A stretch of DNA of 64,000 bases, from positions 1 through 64,000 of the forward strand of contig CAJNYD010000292.1 in assembly GCA_905331295.1 (NCBI GenBank), given 5' to 3'. How positions within the stretch are numbered: position 1 is the stretch's first letter; the number at the start of each line of letters is the position of its first letter. Both the position numbers and the translations under genes were made by a program. Of the stretch, positions 38,504-57,262 are shown piece after piece. The stretch comes from Rotaria socialis (lineage: Eukaryota). The notes beneath the pieces were generated by a model. It was not told the origin of the DNA. It did no database searches and saw only the letters and a list, made by a program, of their open reading frames with translations.

Positions 38504-41500
38504 CTATGCGAGTTCGATTAATACTTTTCCATCTTCAACTGTTTCACCTTCTTTGATGCCAACAAATTTAACCTTAAAGAAAAACAAAATCCATAGAAAC
38601 AGAAAATTCTTTCGTCTATATCTACTCACCACTCCAACTCGTCCAGCAGTCAGTTTATTTTGCATCTTCATGGCTTCAACAACGCAAACTTCTTGTCCTT
38701 CAGCGACACTTTGTCCAACTGTAACGCTAACAGATTTAACAATACCAGGCATAGGTGAAATAAGAACTGATGCGAAATCAATTTGTTTCTTTTCAGGCAT
38801 GAGTGGTACATATTTTGCAGCACGTTCAGGTAATACACGAAGTGCATACTAAATTTTGAGAAAAACAAAACTATCAAATCGATTATTGAAAAATGTTCAA
38901 TTCCTACTTTGGTTCCAAGATAGATCAATGTGACATGTCCTAATGCATCTGTTTTGAATAACTAAAGAAAACATAATCAATAAAATAGTTTTCTTTTCCT
39001 TTTTATATATTTAATTATTTCACAAACTTGCATAATACGTGGTTCGCCACTAAAGTTGACATTCATGACTTGATCGCCTAATTTAAAATTATCCTTGATA
39101 GCTAATTTTTTTACACCATCCATTTCGATCTATAGCAAAATGACAATAAAATATTTGTTTGTTTTTTCATTTAAAACAAACTTCGAATTGCTTGACTCCA
39201 TCTTTTTCGGTGGGTGTTACACGTATGTGACGTTTAAAGTCATCAATTTTAACTTCAAATACATATTCATTTGGTGTTGTAACTTGACCCGTTTTCTTGA
39301 ATGATCGAGCACGAATAGTTCTTTTAACACCAACACATGCTGCCAATGCAAGTAGCTGTTCACGTTCTGAATCTACTAATTGTTTGCCTTTGAATCCATC
39401 TGGATAAACTTGTGGTAAATATTTTGTTGTAATATTTCCAGCAACAAAACGTTCTTCAGTTATAATATCTCGTAACAATGGAATGTTATTTGTGACACCT
39501 TAATAGATCGATTAAAAACATTACTAGAAAAATGAAATTAATCTTTTCTTTTTCTTCGCTATACCTCGAATAACATAGGAATCTAATGCTTGAGCCATTG
39601 TTGCTAATGCTGCATTTCGATCTTTTCCGAAGGTGGTTAACTATTTAGAAGAAAAACAAAATGATATAAAATTCAGAGATCATTTGAAAACATACTTTAC
39701 AAATCAATGGATCATAGTATAAGCTAATTTCACTACCTTCAGTTATACCACTATCGCAGCGAACCTATTAATACAATAACAAAAAAAAGAAGAATTAAAA
39801 ACTAATTATTATGAGAAAAGAACAATTTTTAACAAACATTTGGAATATGACTAGGATCTTTATATGAGGTAAGACGACCAATGGATGGGAGACCAAAAGC
39901 TTTGTATGGATCTTCTGCATAAACACGACTTTCAATAGCCCAACCCCGTATGCCAATATCTGGTTGTTTGAATCGTAACGTATGACCTATAAATTTAATT
40001 GTTAAAATATAACAGTAAATATCGTTGGTTTTTTTTAAATCAAACCTTTAGCAACTCGTATCATCTGATGAACAATATCGATACCAGTAGTAGCTTCTGT
40101 AATTGGATGTTCAACCTGAAAAAACATAAATATATTTTAACATTCTCATTATCTAATAGGATCTCTGTTTTTTACTTGAAGTCGAGTGTTCATTTCAAGA
40201 AAATAAAAATTACGCTTTGAATCAACCATAAACTCGACAGTTCCTAAAAGAGATTTCTTTTTATTGAAAACAAAAACAAAACATTTTCGCTTTATGACTA
40301 ATTACCTGCTGAATAATATCCAACAGCATGAGCTAATTGTACAGCTTCTTCGCCCATCTTCTTTCGTGTTGCGGGATCAAGAAAAACACTGGGTGCTTCT
40401 TCAATTACTTTTTGATTTCGTCTTTGAATTGAGCATTCACGTTCATTTAAATAGACAATATTACCATGTTTGTCCCCAAGAACCTTTATAAAATCGAAAA
40501 TTTTTTTATTATTTGAACAACTGAATTTTTCAGTAACAAACTTGAAATTCAATATGGCGCGGATTATCAATAAATTTTTCTACTAACATACGATCATCAC
40601 CGAAACTTGATGCTGCTTCACTTTTAGATAATCGAAAGTTTTCTCGTGCTTCTTTATCATTCCAAGCAACACGCATTCCTTTACCACCACCTCCAGCTGA
40701 TGCTTTAATCATGACAGGATAACCTGAAATCGTCAAATTAAAAAAAAGTGAATTTTTCCTATAAACAAAACATAGTTGCATACCAATATCGTTGCTGACA
40801 CGAACACATTCTTCTGCATCTTTTACTTCGCCATCATAGCCAGGTATCATTGAGATTTTAGCCTTTCGAGCAATTACTTTACTGTGAATTTTATCACCCA
40901 TAGCTTGAATGGAGTGACTTGACGGACCGATAAATTCAACATTATGATCAGCCTAATAGTAAAAATAAAACATTTTGTTTTCAAGCGATTTGACAAGAAA
41001 AATAAGCAAACAAATATCTTACAAGTTTCTTGGCAAATTTTGTATTTTCTGAAAGAAAACCATAGCCGGGATGAACGGCTTCAGCGCCGGTTTTTTTAAC
41101 GGTTTCTAATATAATATCTTCATTTAAATAACTTAATCTAGTTGGTGCAGGTCCAATACAAACGGCTTCATCGGCCATTTTGACGAATAACTATTAGAAA
41201 ATAATATTAGAAAATAGAAAAATTCTATCTTCGAAGACCTACTGAAGTTGAATCGACATCACTATGTACGGCTACTGTTTTAATACCCATAGCATTGCAT
41301 GTTCGAATGACACGACATGCAATTTCGCCTCGATTAGCGATCAAGATTTTTGAATATTTCTACAAAATAAAAAAATTTATGATTGAAACTTGATATCGAA
41401 AAAAGCTTACCGGTTCATCTGGATCAATGTGATCGAGAAAATAATGTCCGTCTTTTCCATAAGTAAAAAGAGTTTTCGCATTTTGTGCAACAGCTTTTGT

Positions 41501-41578
41501 AGATTGAAACCGTTTTAATAAAAGAACCCGGCCAACAGGTGATGATGAGCGAAGACCACTAGTCAAGAAGAAATGCAT
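38504..41578 (-). CDS. PCCA: Propionyl-CoA carboxylase alpha chain, mitochondrial, multi-exon
   Basis: [64 protein letters not shown], biotin motif VVEAMKMQN, and an Arg/Ser-rich transit peptide. Confidence 0.96.
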
Positions 41579-41881
41579 ATCTAAAATAAGATTATTATTC
41601 TTTTGTGTTGCGATTTGTAGAATTCATTGACAAAATAAATCTGACTTATAATCGTAAAGAAAAAAACAAACGTGAAATAAAATTTAATTATGCAAATGTT
41701 ATAGATGCACAGACATTAACAAAAAGAAAAGAAATATAACATAGCATTGCGTATATCTTGCCAATAATTAACAACAGATGAAAGAAAAAGACAATACAAT
41801 TATTTGCCATTATTTTTGATAAAAATTCTAAAATAAAGAAAAAAATATGGCAAATAAAATTATTTGTTTTTATCAAAATAT

Positions 41882-42996
41882 TTACTGTCGTAATTCATCG
41901 AACGAGTCGATATAGACTTTTTGAGCTATATTATTTATAACAGAATCCACTGTTTCTCGCCGTGTATAATTATTAGTTATTGTACGAAATGCCGATGATG
42001 AACGGTGTCTTATTTGATGAAATAAAGTCGATTGAGGTTCACTGTTTTCATTATTTGCTAAGCGTATGGTCGGTGTAGAACGCTTTTTAGTTTTTCTCGA
42101 CTGTTTTTCATCATCAGTTAAAAGAGTTTTCGAATACATTTCATTCGAACTTATCGTAGATAGAGCGTCGCTTATGACCTCTTCTGTAAAACGGCTTGAT
42201 AAATTTTCAATAAGATTTTCATTCGAAGACGATACATTTTCAATTGATTGCTTAATAGCTGAATGAATAAGTTGGTCAGCATAGGAATTTATTGCTTTTA
42301 AACGTTCAATAGGAGCATAGGATGGAGAACAATCGAATAGAAGACAAGAAGTATCAAATTCATAGAAAGATCTACAATTATTTGTTATATGTTGATAATC
42401 AATCTGAAACGAAGATTGTTCAGAAACGGACACAATGAAATTATTTTCCTACTGACCTGCAGGAAAGCAGCTCGAGTTGAATGTTCGACTAGTTCATTGA
42501 CAAAATTTTGAATACTGATTAGATTATGTCGTCGTTTATCGACTTTAGTTAGCCACGGTTTATTTAGACTGAATGAATATTGCACGTCGAAAGTTCGATT
42601 TGAACCATTTACATTTTGAGACGATTTACATATTGCCAGATCGGTTTGTTGATAGGATGATAATAAACGGGATTGATATAGAACAAGATCATTTTGTGTT
42701 GCTGGTAATGAGCAACGTGGGATTGTATGATGAAAAGAAACTTTTCTTTCACGTCGATTATTTCTTCCTGATGATCGACATCGTATTGAAACATTCGGTT
42801 GCAGTGAACGATTTATTGGTGATATTGACGGATTTTGAAATGATGAAGATGATGTTGTCGTAAGAGAAATACATGGGCATGAAAGAATTCGTACTAAAGA
42901 ATTTAGCGCATGTGAAATTGCTTGATCAACTTGATTGCTGGCTAAATTTAATAGTTCTTCAGAATATAAATTATCACTAGATTCTAGCTGTTCCAT
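41882..42996 (-). CDS. Hypothetical Ser-rich protein with repeated amphipathic helices (AKAP-like), 2 exons
   Basis: Two long ORFs joined in frame by a ~53-nt GT-AG intron (AAFLQ|IDYQH). Acceptor directly before the ATG. Confidence 0.72.
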
Positions 42997-44177
42997 CTAG
43001 AAAAAAATAGTAACCTATTAACAAGCTTTCTTTTTCAAAAACAAAAACACAAGGATGATTGAAATTTTATTTCGGAAATTCGTTACTAAGTGAACTTGAT
43101 AATTGTCAACCGTGTCAATATATGTTATCCACCAATCATTGTTTTTTTGTTTCTATAGAAATAAAGTTAAAACAATAAATATTGTGAATAAAACCATTTC
43201 CTCAAAAGTCAATATGAGATAAGATAAAAAGAATACAATAAAATAAAACGATTGCGTCCAAAGGTTAGTCTTGTGTTAGATCACTTGTCATTGAATTAGA
43301 TTCATAAAAGTAGTCAAATTAAAAGTTCGAATCGTTTGTTTCAAAAACATTTGTTGCAGTAAATATATTTTCGACATATAGACAAGAGTATCGGTATAAA
43401 CACAATAGATATCGATACTGATACGTTTAGGAATTACACAGGAAAGAACATCTCAATCTTGACTGATTCAATAGAAGCCAATCCAGTAGGACAAATCGAA
43501 CACATCCAATACGCGCACAGCGGAAAAAAGTTATTTTCAACTGGACATGCTTATCGGAATTCATCTTTACTTTTCTTTCCGAGTATGGTTCATCAATTGT
43601 AATAATAGTAATTTGCTAGACATCAATCAAATCTGTTAAATTCTAGTTATTAATCCTTATCCTACGACTTGAGCTTAATACTTTAATCATCCAAACTGCC
43701 CACGTTATTTTTTTAAATTTCGCTCTATTTATTCGTGACATCCTATCTTTTTTTTTGTGATTTTTAGTATAGTTTGTTCGAACGCTTACGAGAGAGAAAG
43801 ATAACGATAACATATAGAGAACAGAAAGCAAACAAACTGGAGAGGCATTGATGACGAATCCACGTGTATTGAATTGCTTTTTCTTTCTTGACTATTTTTC
43901 CATTATCGAATATCTTTGAAACCAAAACACCATGCCAGGGGAAGGAATCAAATCTTCTGCTATCTGACTAAATCAGATGCATAGAACCACTACGCCATCC
44001 ATGGCTAACTGCTCACGTTACTCTCTATTCAACATAATCTTAGTTTTCTCTTACTATCTCTAAAACTCTTATTTTAAAACCTAAGTCAACTTGGATTGTC
44101 AAAAATATAATATTATTTGTTCTTGATTATTTTTATCAATACTTACTAGTGGAGCCATATATACGAAAAGTTAACAT

Positions 44178-46291
44178 CTAAAAACCAGTATCTAACGTAA
44201 TTGCCATGAATAGATCATTAATAATCGTTAAAATTTTGCTTTCATTTTTGAATAGACTACTTAAAGCAGCCGGTAAATTTCGCGTTGTTTCATAGCTTTC
44301 AACAAAAGCATAGAAAAATGATCCACATAAAAATTGATGTGGATAAATTTTATAGACGAATGGCCGATTGAAAAATTCATTAGCATACATACTAAACATA
44401 TATATTGTTTGTAAACAATTAAATTCATGTATAATACTGCAATCGAATTTTTTCAAACCAAATACTTTTCTTGACATAGCTTTTAATTTTAAACCTATTG
44501 AACGACGTATTTCAGGTTCAATTTGTGTATGATTTCTATTATCGTCTACTGATATTGATAAGGGTTTAATATCTTCCGATTGAAAATGATCGGTGTCAAA
44601 TAAATGAATAGATTTTATTAATGAAACAATTATAGCATAGAGATAAACAGGCGCAAGATTACGAATGGAATACCAATATCGGATGCACATTAACCAAAAA
44701 TGATAATCCCTATGAATATGATTGTATGTTTGTAGGTCTGCCAATGAAGTTTTTAAGCATTTCAAAACAAAATCTTGACGTTCAATAAATGATAAAGAAT
44801 TCAAACGATTAAGATCGAGAGCATTATCAATTTCAGTGATTTCATAAGCAACTGGTTTAAGTTGCTTCAGAACACGGTGATAAATAATAGCATATTCATC
44901 ACATTCTGGATTATCCCATTTAATTAAACTTGCTAGACATGGTAACATAGTTGGTATTGCATCCACATATATCGATGGTTCCTGTTCAATTTCAATATGT
45001 GCCGAACAAATGAAATGACGATGAATTAGCATTTCAATAAATGTTACTGATAATTGAAGATCTGTTAAATTATGAAGTAAAAATTTTGGTACCGGCTGAT
45101 TATGTTTGCTTTTTATTTCGGATAAATCATTGTCAATTTGAATTTGAATTTGTCCGTCATTCTGAAGAGAAAAGATCGTTTTAAAAATAAAAATAAGCAA
45201 AATAACAATCGTTTGACTACCATATTGATTGTATCAAGATAATCTCGAGCTAATTTAACAAAATGAGAATTTTTCAAAAGATTTCCATTGGTCGACGATG
45301 CAAAACGATAAATAAGTGTATCGGTCGGATTCAAATACGATTGAATTGCAAGTCGCATTTTCATTTCAATTTTCTTTCTTAATGTTTTATCAATTGGCAA
45401 AAGTAAGTTTTCTATTGCAGTATCAATATCATCAAATTGTTTCATCCATTCCATTGCATACCAATGTTTAGTTCGATTATATTTACTAATTTTATATACA
45501 CGTGATTTGGCTACATGCGCCATAATATGATTGAACATTGGATCAGTTATACTTCCATTGATATAATCATTGCCACATAAACAACAAGCAAGTGAAAGTG
45601 TAGCAGAATTTAAACCAACAAAACTTTCAAGTAAAGTATCTATGGTAAATAATTGAGCTGATAAATAATGATATGAATCTTTTTCAATTGGATTGATATC
45701 AATATAATCAAATGGAATATAACCTTTAGAAAGATTATAACAATAATAGTCGCTATCACGCGCTATCAAATAGCAATCCAGATGATTCGCTAATGATACA
45801 GATTCGTCATCACCTTCACCCAATGCTGATATATATGGAATATTCATGGCATCGAGTACATTGATAAATGCTTGTCGTAATAATAATGGACTTAAATCGA
45901 TATTGACACTGGTTCTTGTTGAATAATCAACGCGTCGTTGTGATCGTTCGAGTACTGTAGATAATTTTCGACTGTCCAATCGAGCACCATCAAACACAAC
46001 AATGGCACTTAACATAAAACAAAAATTTAGAAAAATAAATAAATAAATAAATAAATAATTAATTTCTAGCACATACTTTATATCACAGATACGAAATGAT
46101 TCAAATAATTGTTTACAATAATGATAAAATTTATCGTATTCACCGCCAAATAAACAAGTTAAATGGCATTCTTTATACATTTGATGGTAAATTGAATTAC
46201 CATCAAGTAACACATTACAATTGTGTAATTCAAATCGATTAAGTAAACTTAATTTTTCTTCAATAAACGTTTGTAAACCTCGAATGCCCAT
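44178..46291 (-). CDS. ASTE1: Protein asteroid homolog (XPG/PIN-like nuclease family), 3 exons
   Basis: MGIRGLQTF, LLDGNSIYH, FGGEYD, VVFDG, PLLLRQAF, GEGDDESVSLAN..C.LIARDSDYY, LCGNDY. Confidence 0.88.
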
Positions 46292-46305
46292 CTTCAGAAA
46301 AAAAT

Positions 46306-46309
<4 letters not shown>

Positions 46310-46338
<29 letters not shown>
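46310..46338. repeat. (TA)n microsatellite; others at ~30981-30998 and ~51120-51147
   Basis: Direct inspection. Confidence 0.9.
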
Positions 46339-46344
<6 letters not shown>

Positions 46345-46836
46345 TGAACACGTAAATATTAAATATAATTATTTGTGTATCAAAACAAAAACCCAAACAA
46401 AACTTTAATAGTGAATGACTGATCAAAAAAAGAAACAAAAATAAGCATATTTAGAAACGTACGAGCAATACATGTCAGTGACTGGTACATAAAAGTGCAC
46501 GTAGAATTACAGTGCACAAACTTGAGAGAAAAAAAGAGACGAAACGCAAAAAAGACGAAAAGTTCGTAAAGAGCACGATAAAAAATCATATGGTGTGGTT
46601 GAAGGCATCTCTCATCGATCATAGTTGGCACAAAAATAAGAAAAAAAAAACGCACGAACACAGGACGAAATTCGGACTGAAAGCAAACATTCACGAATAA
46701 AATTAAAATAAAATAAAATCGACATCAATCTGACTGATATGTCTTTATTCGAGGATGATAATGCACGAGATTTGTCGTTTGAAGATTCTTGTACTAATAA
46801 AAACAAACAAACAAACAGACAAGTAGCAACACATGT

Positions 46837-51034
<4,198 letters not shown>

Positions 51035-53055
51035 TCTATTATAATTTGAATAAAAATTCGACTGTATGATTCATTAATCTTTTATATTTGATTACCTATT
51101 ACTAAACTTATGTGTAACTCTATATATATATATATATATATATATATTGCACACACTTCAATATTCAATTCATCTGAAACAAAAGAATAAAAAGAAAACT
51201 AAATTCACCTATAAGTATATTTTTGTATGTACTTTAACCTGATTATACCATCAGATAATCGAAAGGATTAAAATAGGATAGTTATATATGCAAAAATCAA
51301 ACGTGCTTTTAATAAATTTTGCTTTTCTTCTATCATTCATTTAATTTCATAGTCCTATCAGGCTTAAAAACTCGGAAAATATGGATATTTATTTAAATTT
51401 ATGATCAGGACAATGCATTTTCTTGATGGATCGATTTGAGTGTTCTTAAATATAGAATATATTAATCAAATAGCACCATATAGGAGCTTATAAAAGTAGA
51501 CTAACACATGTCAAACAACCTTAGCATTTCTAGAAGTAAAATCTCTTTCTATCGTATTATAATTGCTAGTTGTCAAAATAATCATCGTCGCATAGAGAGC
51601 AAATGGATTTAAGTTGACAACTCTTCATTATGCATAGACGATGTTCTTTCATATATCTTCTATACACATTGTTAAACTCGAAATATAATAAAAATAAACC
51701 TGAGAAAACTTCTTTGAATGACGCAAATAACAAAAAACTGACATGAAGCAGACTTGGATAGCATGACTTTGATGATCACAAGAGGCAAAGTGTGATGGAA
51801 AAAAAAGAGAAAAAACAATGTAATCGAGGGCGTCACAGTCTATTTATTGAAATATAGAAGCAACACTAATACTAGTTATGAGAAAAAAGATAGAATAATA
51901 TGTTGGCAGAATAGCAAAAGGAGAAGAAGAAGAAAACGACGGAGAACCACCAATGATGACGACGACAAAGGGACAGAAAAAAAACTGGGCTTATGCGTAT
52001 TTCTCATATAATACTTGATGCAATGTGACGGGATAGAATAGACGAAGAAAATTCACTAATGACGAACGACGAGACTCAGGGAAAAGAGAAAAAAATATAA
52101 GAAAACGAGTTGCTTCTGTCTGCGACATCTTCAAAGAAATATAAAGGAAAACCTTCTAGTATTCTTAAATTATCCTATCGTGCGTTTTGTGTTACCTTTT
52201 TTTATTTGTCTTCCTAGAAATCTATTAAGAAGTTTTTTTCCTGAGCTAAATTTGCTTACTATAATAATATCGTCATCAGTTCTCTTTTTTTCTCTCTTCT
52301 TCTCCCTCATATTCTTTAATGATAAAGTATTTTACTCGAAAAATGTTTTTGCTGCATGTGTCCTCAAAAAATTTATCGAGTTTTACAAGATTTTTCATTA
52401 TAGAGAAAATTGATGTTTTCTACGATTCACAAGTATGCAAAGAGATATTTTTTAATGGAGACCATCGTTTAGTGTTTCTCTGTCAAATTCTTTCACGCGC
52501 ATCTGGCTCTTGTCTATAAACAATAAGAATAGAATTGCATTCGACTAAGTTTAATCACCTGTTTTTGCGCGTGCGAAAGAAAAACGGAATAAAAAGAAAG
52601 CTCATTATATTAGTCTTATCATTGTTTGTGACGCAAAATATTAACGTCTATCAAACAGCGTCATCTGTTATTCAATACCATCTATCATCATTTTCATATA
52701 TCTACATAACAATTATGGCTAAAAATAATCTAGAATAAACAAAATACGAGAGTCTAGGTTTTTTCTCCGGACACAATATTCATTTATGCATAGTCATCTT
52801 TCTGTATAACAAGAATATTTTCTTTTTTTAAGCAAAACAAAAATACACAAAGATAGGAAAGAAATAAAAACAACTAATGCATAGCGTATGCTAACAAGTA
52901 TACATATATACATTTACAGTAAATCAAAATAAAAGAGTGTAGTTATCTACTAATATTTTGCCATAAAAAAAAACATCCCCATTTCGATGGTCATAGGAAA
53001 ACGAATTGCGATCTGACAAAAAAAACCCGTTGTCGACTAATGAGAGCATCACGCT

Positions 53056-54593
53056 TCATTTACATTCATCTGGGTCAACATTAATTGTTTTTGAATAAAC
53101 ATGTTTTTTTCCTAAATTATAATTTGTACTTAATGAATACTAAATATAAATTTACCTTCTATTCTACAGATTATATAAATCAGGAATAGAATTAATAGCG
53201 CCAGTAACAACAGGATAATTATTACTAATATAATTATATGTTTCATTGATAATGCTGGCTTTAAAAATTCTTCTGTCGAAGTTAGAAATAATGACGAGAC
53301 GGGAGTAGCATCTTAAAAAAGTCAAGTTTTACTTTGCTTGTTTCCTGTAACATATTATTTTCATACTAGTTGATCTTGTTACAAAAACATCATTGAGACA
53401 GTCGGAATTACAACTTAATTTTTCAATGGAATCAGGAATTCGGAAATTATTGGAAGTAACATCTTCGATAAAGTCTTCTTCAGAACATTTATCGTAATTT
53501 CGACAAGACTTTTGTTAATTTAAAAATAAAAAATCAATTTGCAATTATTTATTTATTAAATACTCACGCCATTACAACGACGAATAATAAATTCAATTCG
53601 ATGAATAGCTACATCTTCGACGGTAAATATTATTTTATGACCAGTATTCTCTAGGATTCTGATTGTAGAATAAACACATCTATAGAAATGAAAAGATTTG
53701 AATCATTTATTTTTTTTTGCTTTGAAGTCTAACGACATACGTATAGGAAAACCAATAATTGATTGACAGGCGATTTTCGTAGCCAGCACGTTTAGCCCAG
53801 AGAATTTCAAATGATTCATGACGGGCTAAATATAAAACACATGGTAATTATAAAAATATGAAATCGAAATAATCTCTCATTTACCCAATCTAGTAGTTGT
53901 GATATTAAAAGTATAGAAAATAAATTCGCCTTCATCTACTTGAAGAACACTAATCAATGGTGCAATGGATTTGTACTAAATATGTGACATTCCTGTGTTC
54001 TCATTTGTAAAGTTAATTGATTGAACTTACATCTATTTGACAATAGACACAAGCGTTCTCATCGTGTCTTGAGGATTTCTAAAAAAAAGAGATTAGAACA
54101 AATTAGTGTGGAATATTATACGAACCGATAAGGTGACTGCTTTTTTTACTAATTGAACTTTTAGATAATTTGAGCCAAAACGACTTATTCCACATTGGCC
54201 TACATTTGCTTTTTGTGTACCATTCTGACTACATTTTGATGTTTGGTTAGCGAATTTCCAATTGAATATGTCAGTCTATACGTAAATATTTATCATAGAC
54301 AGCAGAAGCACCTTCTATTCATACTTACAGTGGCTTCATTGAATGTTAAATAGCTACTGTTACATTTAACATCAATATCTGAACCGAATGATAACGTTTC
54401 AATGAAAGGACAATAATCGCGGTCAAATCTTGACACAATATAATTTTCTCCTAAAAACAAGATAACAATATTAAGTACGATTATCTGTCTTTTAGATTTA
54501 TTTATTACCTGCACATGCGATCATAAAAGAATTAATAAAAATGAATATTAATTTTGAAACAATAATTACAGATGAAAAAGAGCAAGTACACAT
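53056..54593 (-). CDS. Orphan type I single-pass membrane protein, ~10 short exons (mostly absent from ORF track)
   Basis: Signal-like MCTCSFSSVIIVSKLIFIFINSFMIACAG. Cys-containing ectodomain exons with GT-AG boundaries. TM IIILVIIILLLLALLILFLIYII and tail GKKHVYSKTINVDPDECK*. Confidence 0.7.
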
Positions 54594-56737
54594 TTGGTAT
54601 CGGCATCGAGTTATGACTGTAGCCTAAATAGAAAAAAATAATAAAGACAGGAGTTTTGCTTTTTCGCTGCATCTCTACAGGATTTATATTACATAAGCAG
54701 CAATCTATGAGAAACTGAGCAATAATAGGAAACGATTTCTTTGTTGGAAAGCAAGGCCAATCAATCTGTTTAATGCTCAATAATATTTGATGTATGCTTA
54801 TATATTCTAAGAATGAGCAGATGCCTATGCCGATCTTACACTTAAAACAAAACTAATCTGAACTCGACGTCTTCTTAAGCAATAGCACCTATGGGAAAAT
54901 AAAATATTCAATTATTTATAAGTAAAAAAAGAATTATATTGTAGGGATTCTCTGAATTCAAAAGAACAAAAATTTATTTTATTTCTTATTTTTCGAAATG
55001 ATCTATGTGCAGTTCTTTTTCTGGCAACATTCATAGGCGAATCTTTTCATATGCTAACTAGATCCATAACATCCCCAACGTATCACTCACTAACAAAACT
55101 TAGCTGCAATTATGCGAATTTGGTTATTAGATTTTTTTTGTCTTCATACCCTTTTTTCTTCTCTTTTTTCATTCTCCTTGCCGCCATTGACAAATATCTT
55201 TATTTCAAGCGAAGAAAAAAAAACAAAAAGAATAAAAAAAAGAGCAAGCAAGTAATAAAAAACCTATTTTTTATATCGAATGGTGTCTTTCGGACGTATG
55301 CTTACTTTGTATCAACTATTTATATACAGCACTTCTGTTTCGAACATTTCTCACATGTCTGCTTTATATTAAATAGAGAATAATTTTCACGTAATGAAGC
55401 CAATTCGAATGTTTAAAATTAATCTTGGATGATAAATAATCATATTCAAAACAAAAAATGATGATCTGATCTTAAAAAAAGAAATAAAAATGATGTAGTA
55501 AATACAAACCTATATGAAAAGCTTAACTTGAAAAGATAAGAACTTTTTTCAAAAAAGATAGAAATGTCCTTCATTTAGTGTAACATTCAAGTATGAGTAA
55601 TAAATTATGTAGAAAATCACATATGATAAGCAAAAAACTAATTTAACAAATTTTGTTCGGATAAAAGTATCATAGTTTTCAAAGTTTTATTCTGTGAACG
55701 TCATTGCATGAAAGTTTTTACTTTATGGAAACAGGTTTTTATTTTATCTATAGACACGTTTTCTGCTGACATATTTATGCAAAAATAAGGAAATCAGAAT
55801 GATTTTAACACAACTCTCTATGCCTGACGGAACCAACAAACAGTATATTTCGCAGCTATTTTATACGTAAACAGCCTTTTAAAAATACACTTTGTCTTAG
55901 CATAGAATTTTCTAATGGAAGAAATTTACTTACAGAGTTTTTCTTGAGAACATAAATGTGCCTTCAAGGATTGTTTTTTTTCTTCTTCATTATGCACCAA
56001 ACTCACAACAGTTACTATAATCATTATTTTGTTTGACGACTTTTTCTGAAATAACTTCCAAAAGAAAAGTTCTGTTTATGATCGAAAACACAATTATGTG
56101 ATCAAGAAATTATTCTTTATTTTATTTTTTTTTGTACTGTTTTAAATTAGAATTTGTAAGATATCAATTTCAAATTTATTCATATCAGAACAGCATTTTA
56201 TGATCTATGAAATAATTTTTATAGCTCATTCATATACGGTTCCTGATTTCCTTTACACAGAATCCTATACCGTCGTTTTATAATTATAAAAACTAAGGTT
56301 CAAACTATCTGTGTCTTATTATATATTTAATTAAGTGGAAAACATCACATGATCTATTTCAAAATGTCAAGGACCTATGCACTTAACGTAACCTATCCAT
56401 CATCAAATATCGGCAGGTCCGTATTTTATTGAAGTACCTGTGTAATAAAGAATCTTTTTTGCCAATTTTGATTCAGAAAAAATGAAATAAATAATAATTT
56501 TCATCTCTATAATTGTAAAATAATATAATTTTTTCGAATCTATAGTTTTGTTTTAGTCACTAGTGACATCTGTTTGCAATTTCTGTTTGTTTCTTTCTGT
56601 GCACGCAGTCTGTTGGTGGTGTAGAACGCAAAGGCTACTTGTATGTATTGCTTTTACTATTAGGTGTGTATGTCTTTTTTGCTGACATTGAATTTCATTC
56701 TAGATTATCATCTGTTTTCAAACCATCCATTACTGAA

Positions 56738-57262
56738 ATGTCATCATTAACACGTCTAACCATTTCAGCACCATCGGCTTTATGCCGTCTTGGTCAATTA
56801 TTGGCTAACCGACAAATTATTTTTCAAAAACAAGTACCAGTAATGAGTATGGCTAATTCATGGATGGTTCCATCTCAACGTACTATTGCTACATCAGCTA
56901 TACGTCGTGATATTGATTCAGCCGCTAAATATATTGGTGCTGGCGCAGCCACTGTTGGTGTAGCCGGTGCTGGTGCTGGTATATTTTACTTTTTAAAACA
57001 AATAGCCAGATAAAGAAAAGCTTATTCCTGTTTTTAATTTTGTTTAGGTATTGGAACAGTATTTGGTTCATTAGTAGTAGCCTATGCACGTAATCCAAGT
57101 TTAAAACAACAACTTTTTTCATATGCTATTCTTGGATTTGCTCTTTCCGAAGCTATGGGACTTTTTTGTCTTATGATGGCTTTTATGTAAGTATAACAGG
57201 TTGTTTCTATGTTTAGTTAATTTTATTCTTGGATTTATTTTAGGCTGCTATTCGCTTTCTAA
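56738..57262 (+). CDS. ATP5MC: ATP synthase F0 subunit c (lipid-binding protein), mitochondrial precursor, 3 coding exons
   Basis: [75 protein letters not shown]. Confidence 0.98.

Noticed and set aside
46010..46075. Hydrophobic inserts in the long asteroid and VWA8 ORFs that look like TM segments
   Set aside because: They are stop-free, in-frame-read AT-rich introns with GT-AG ends, not protein.
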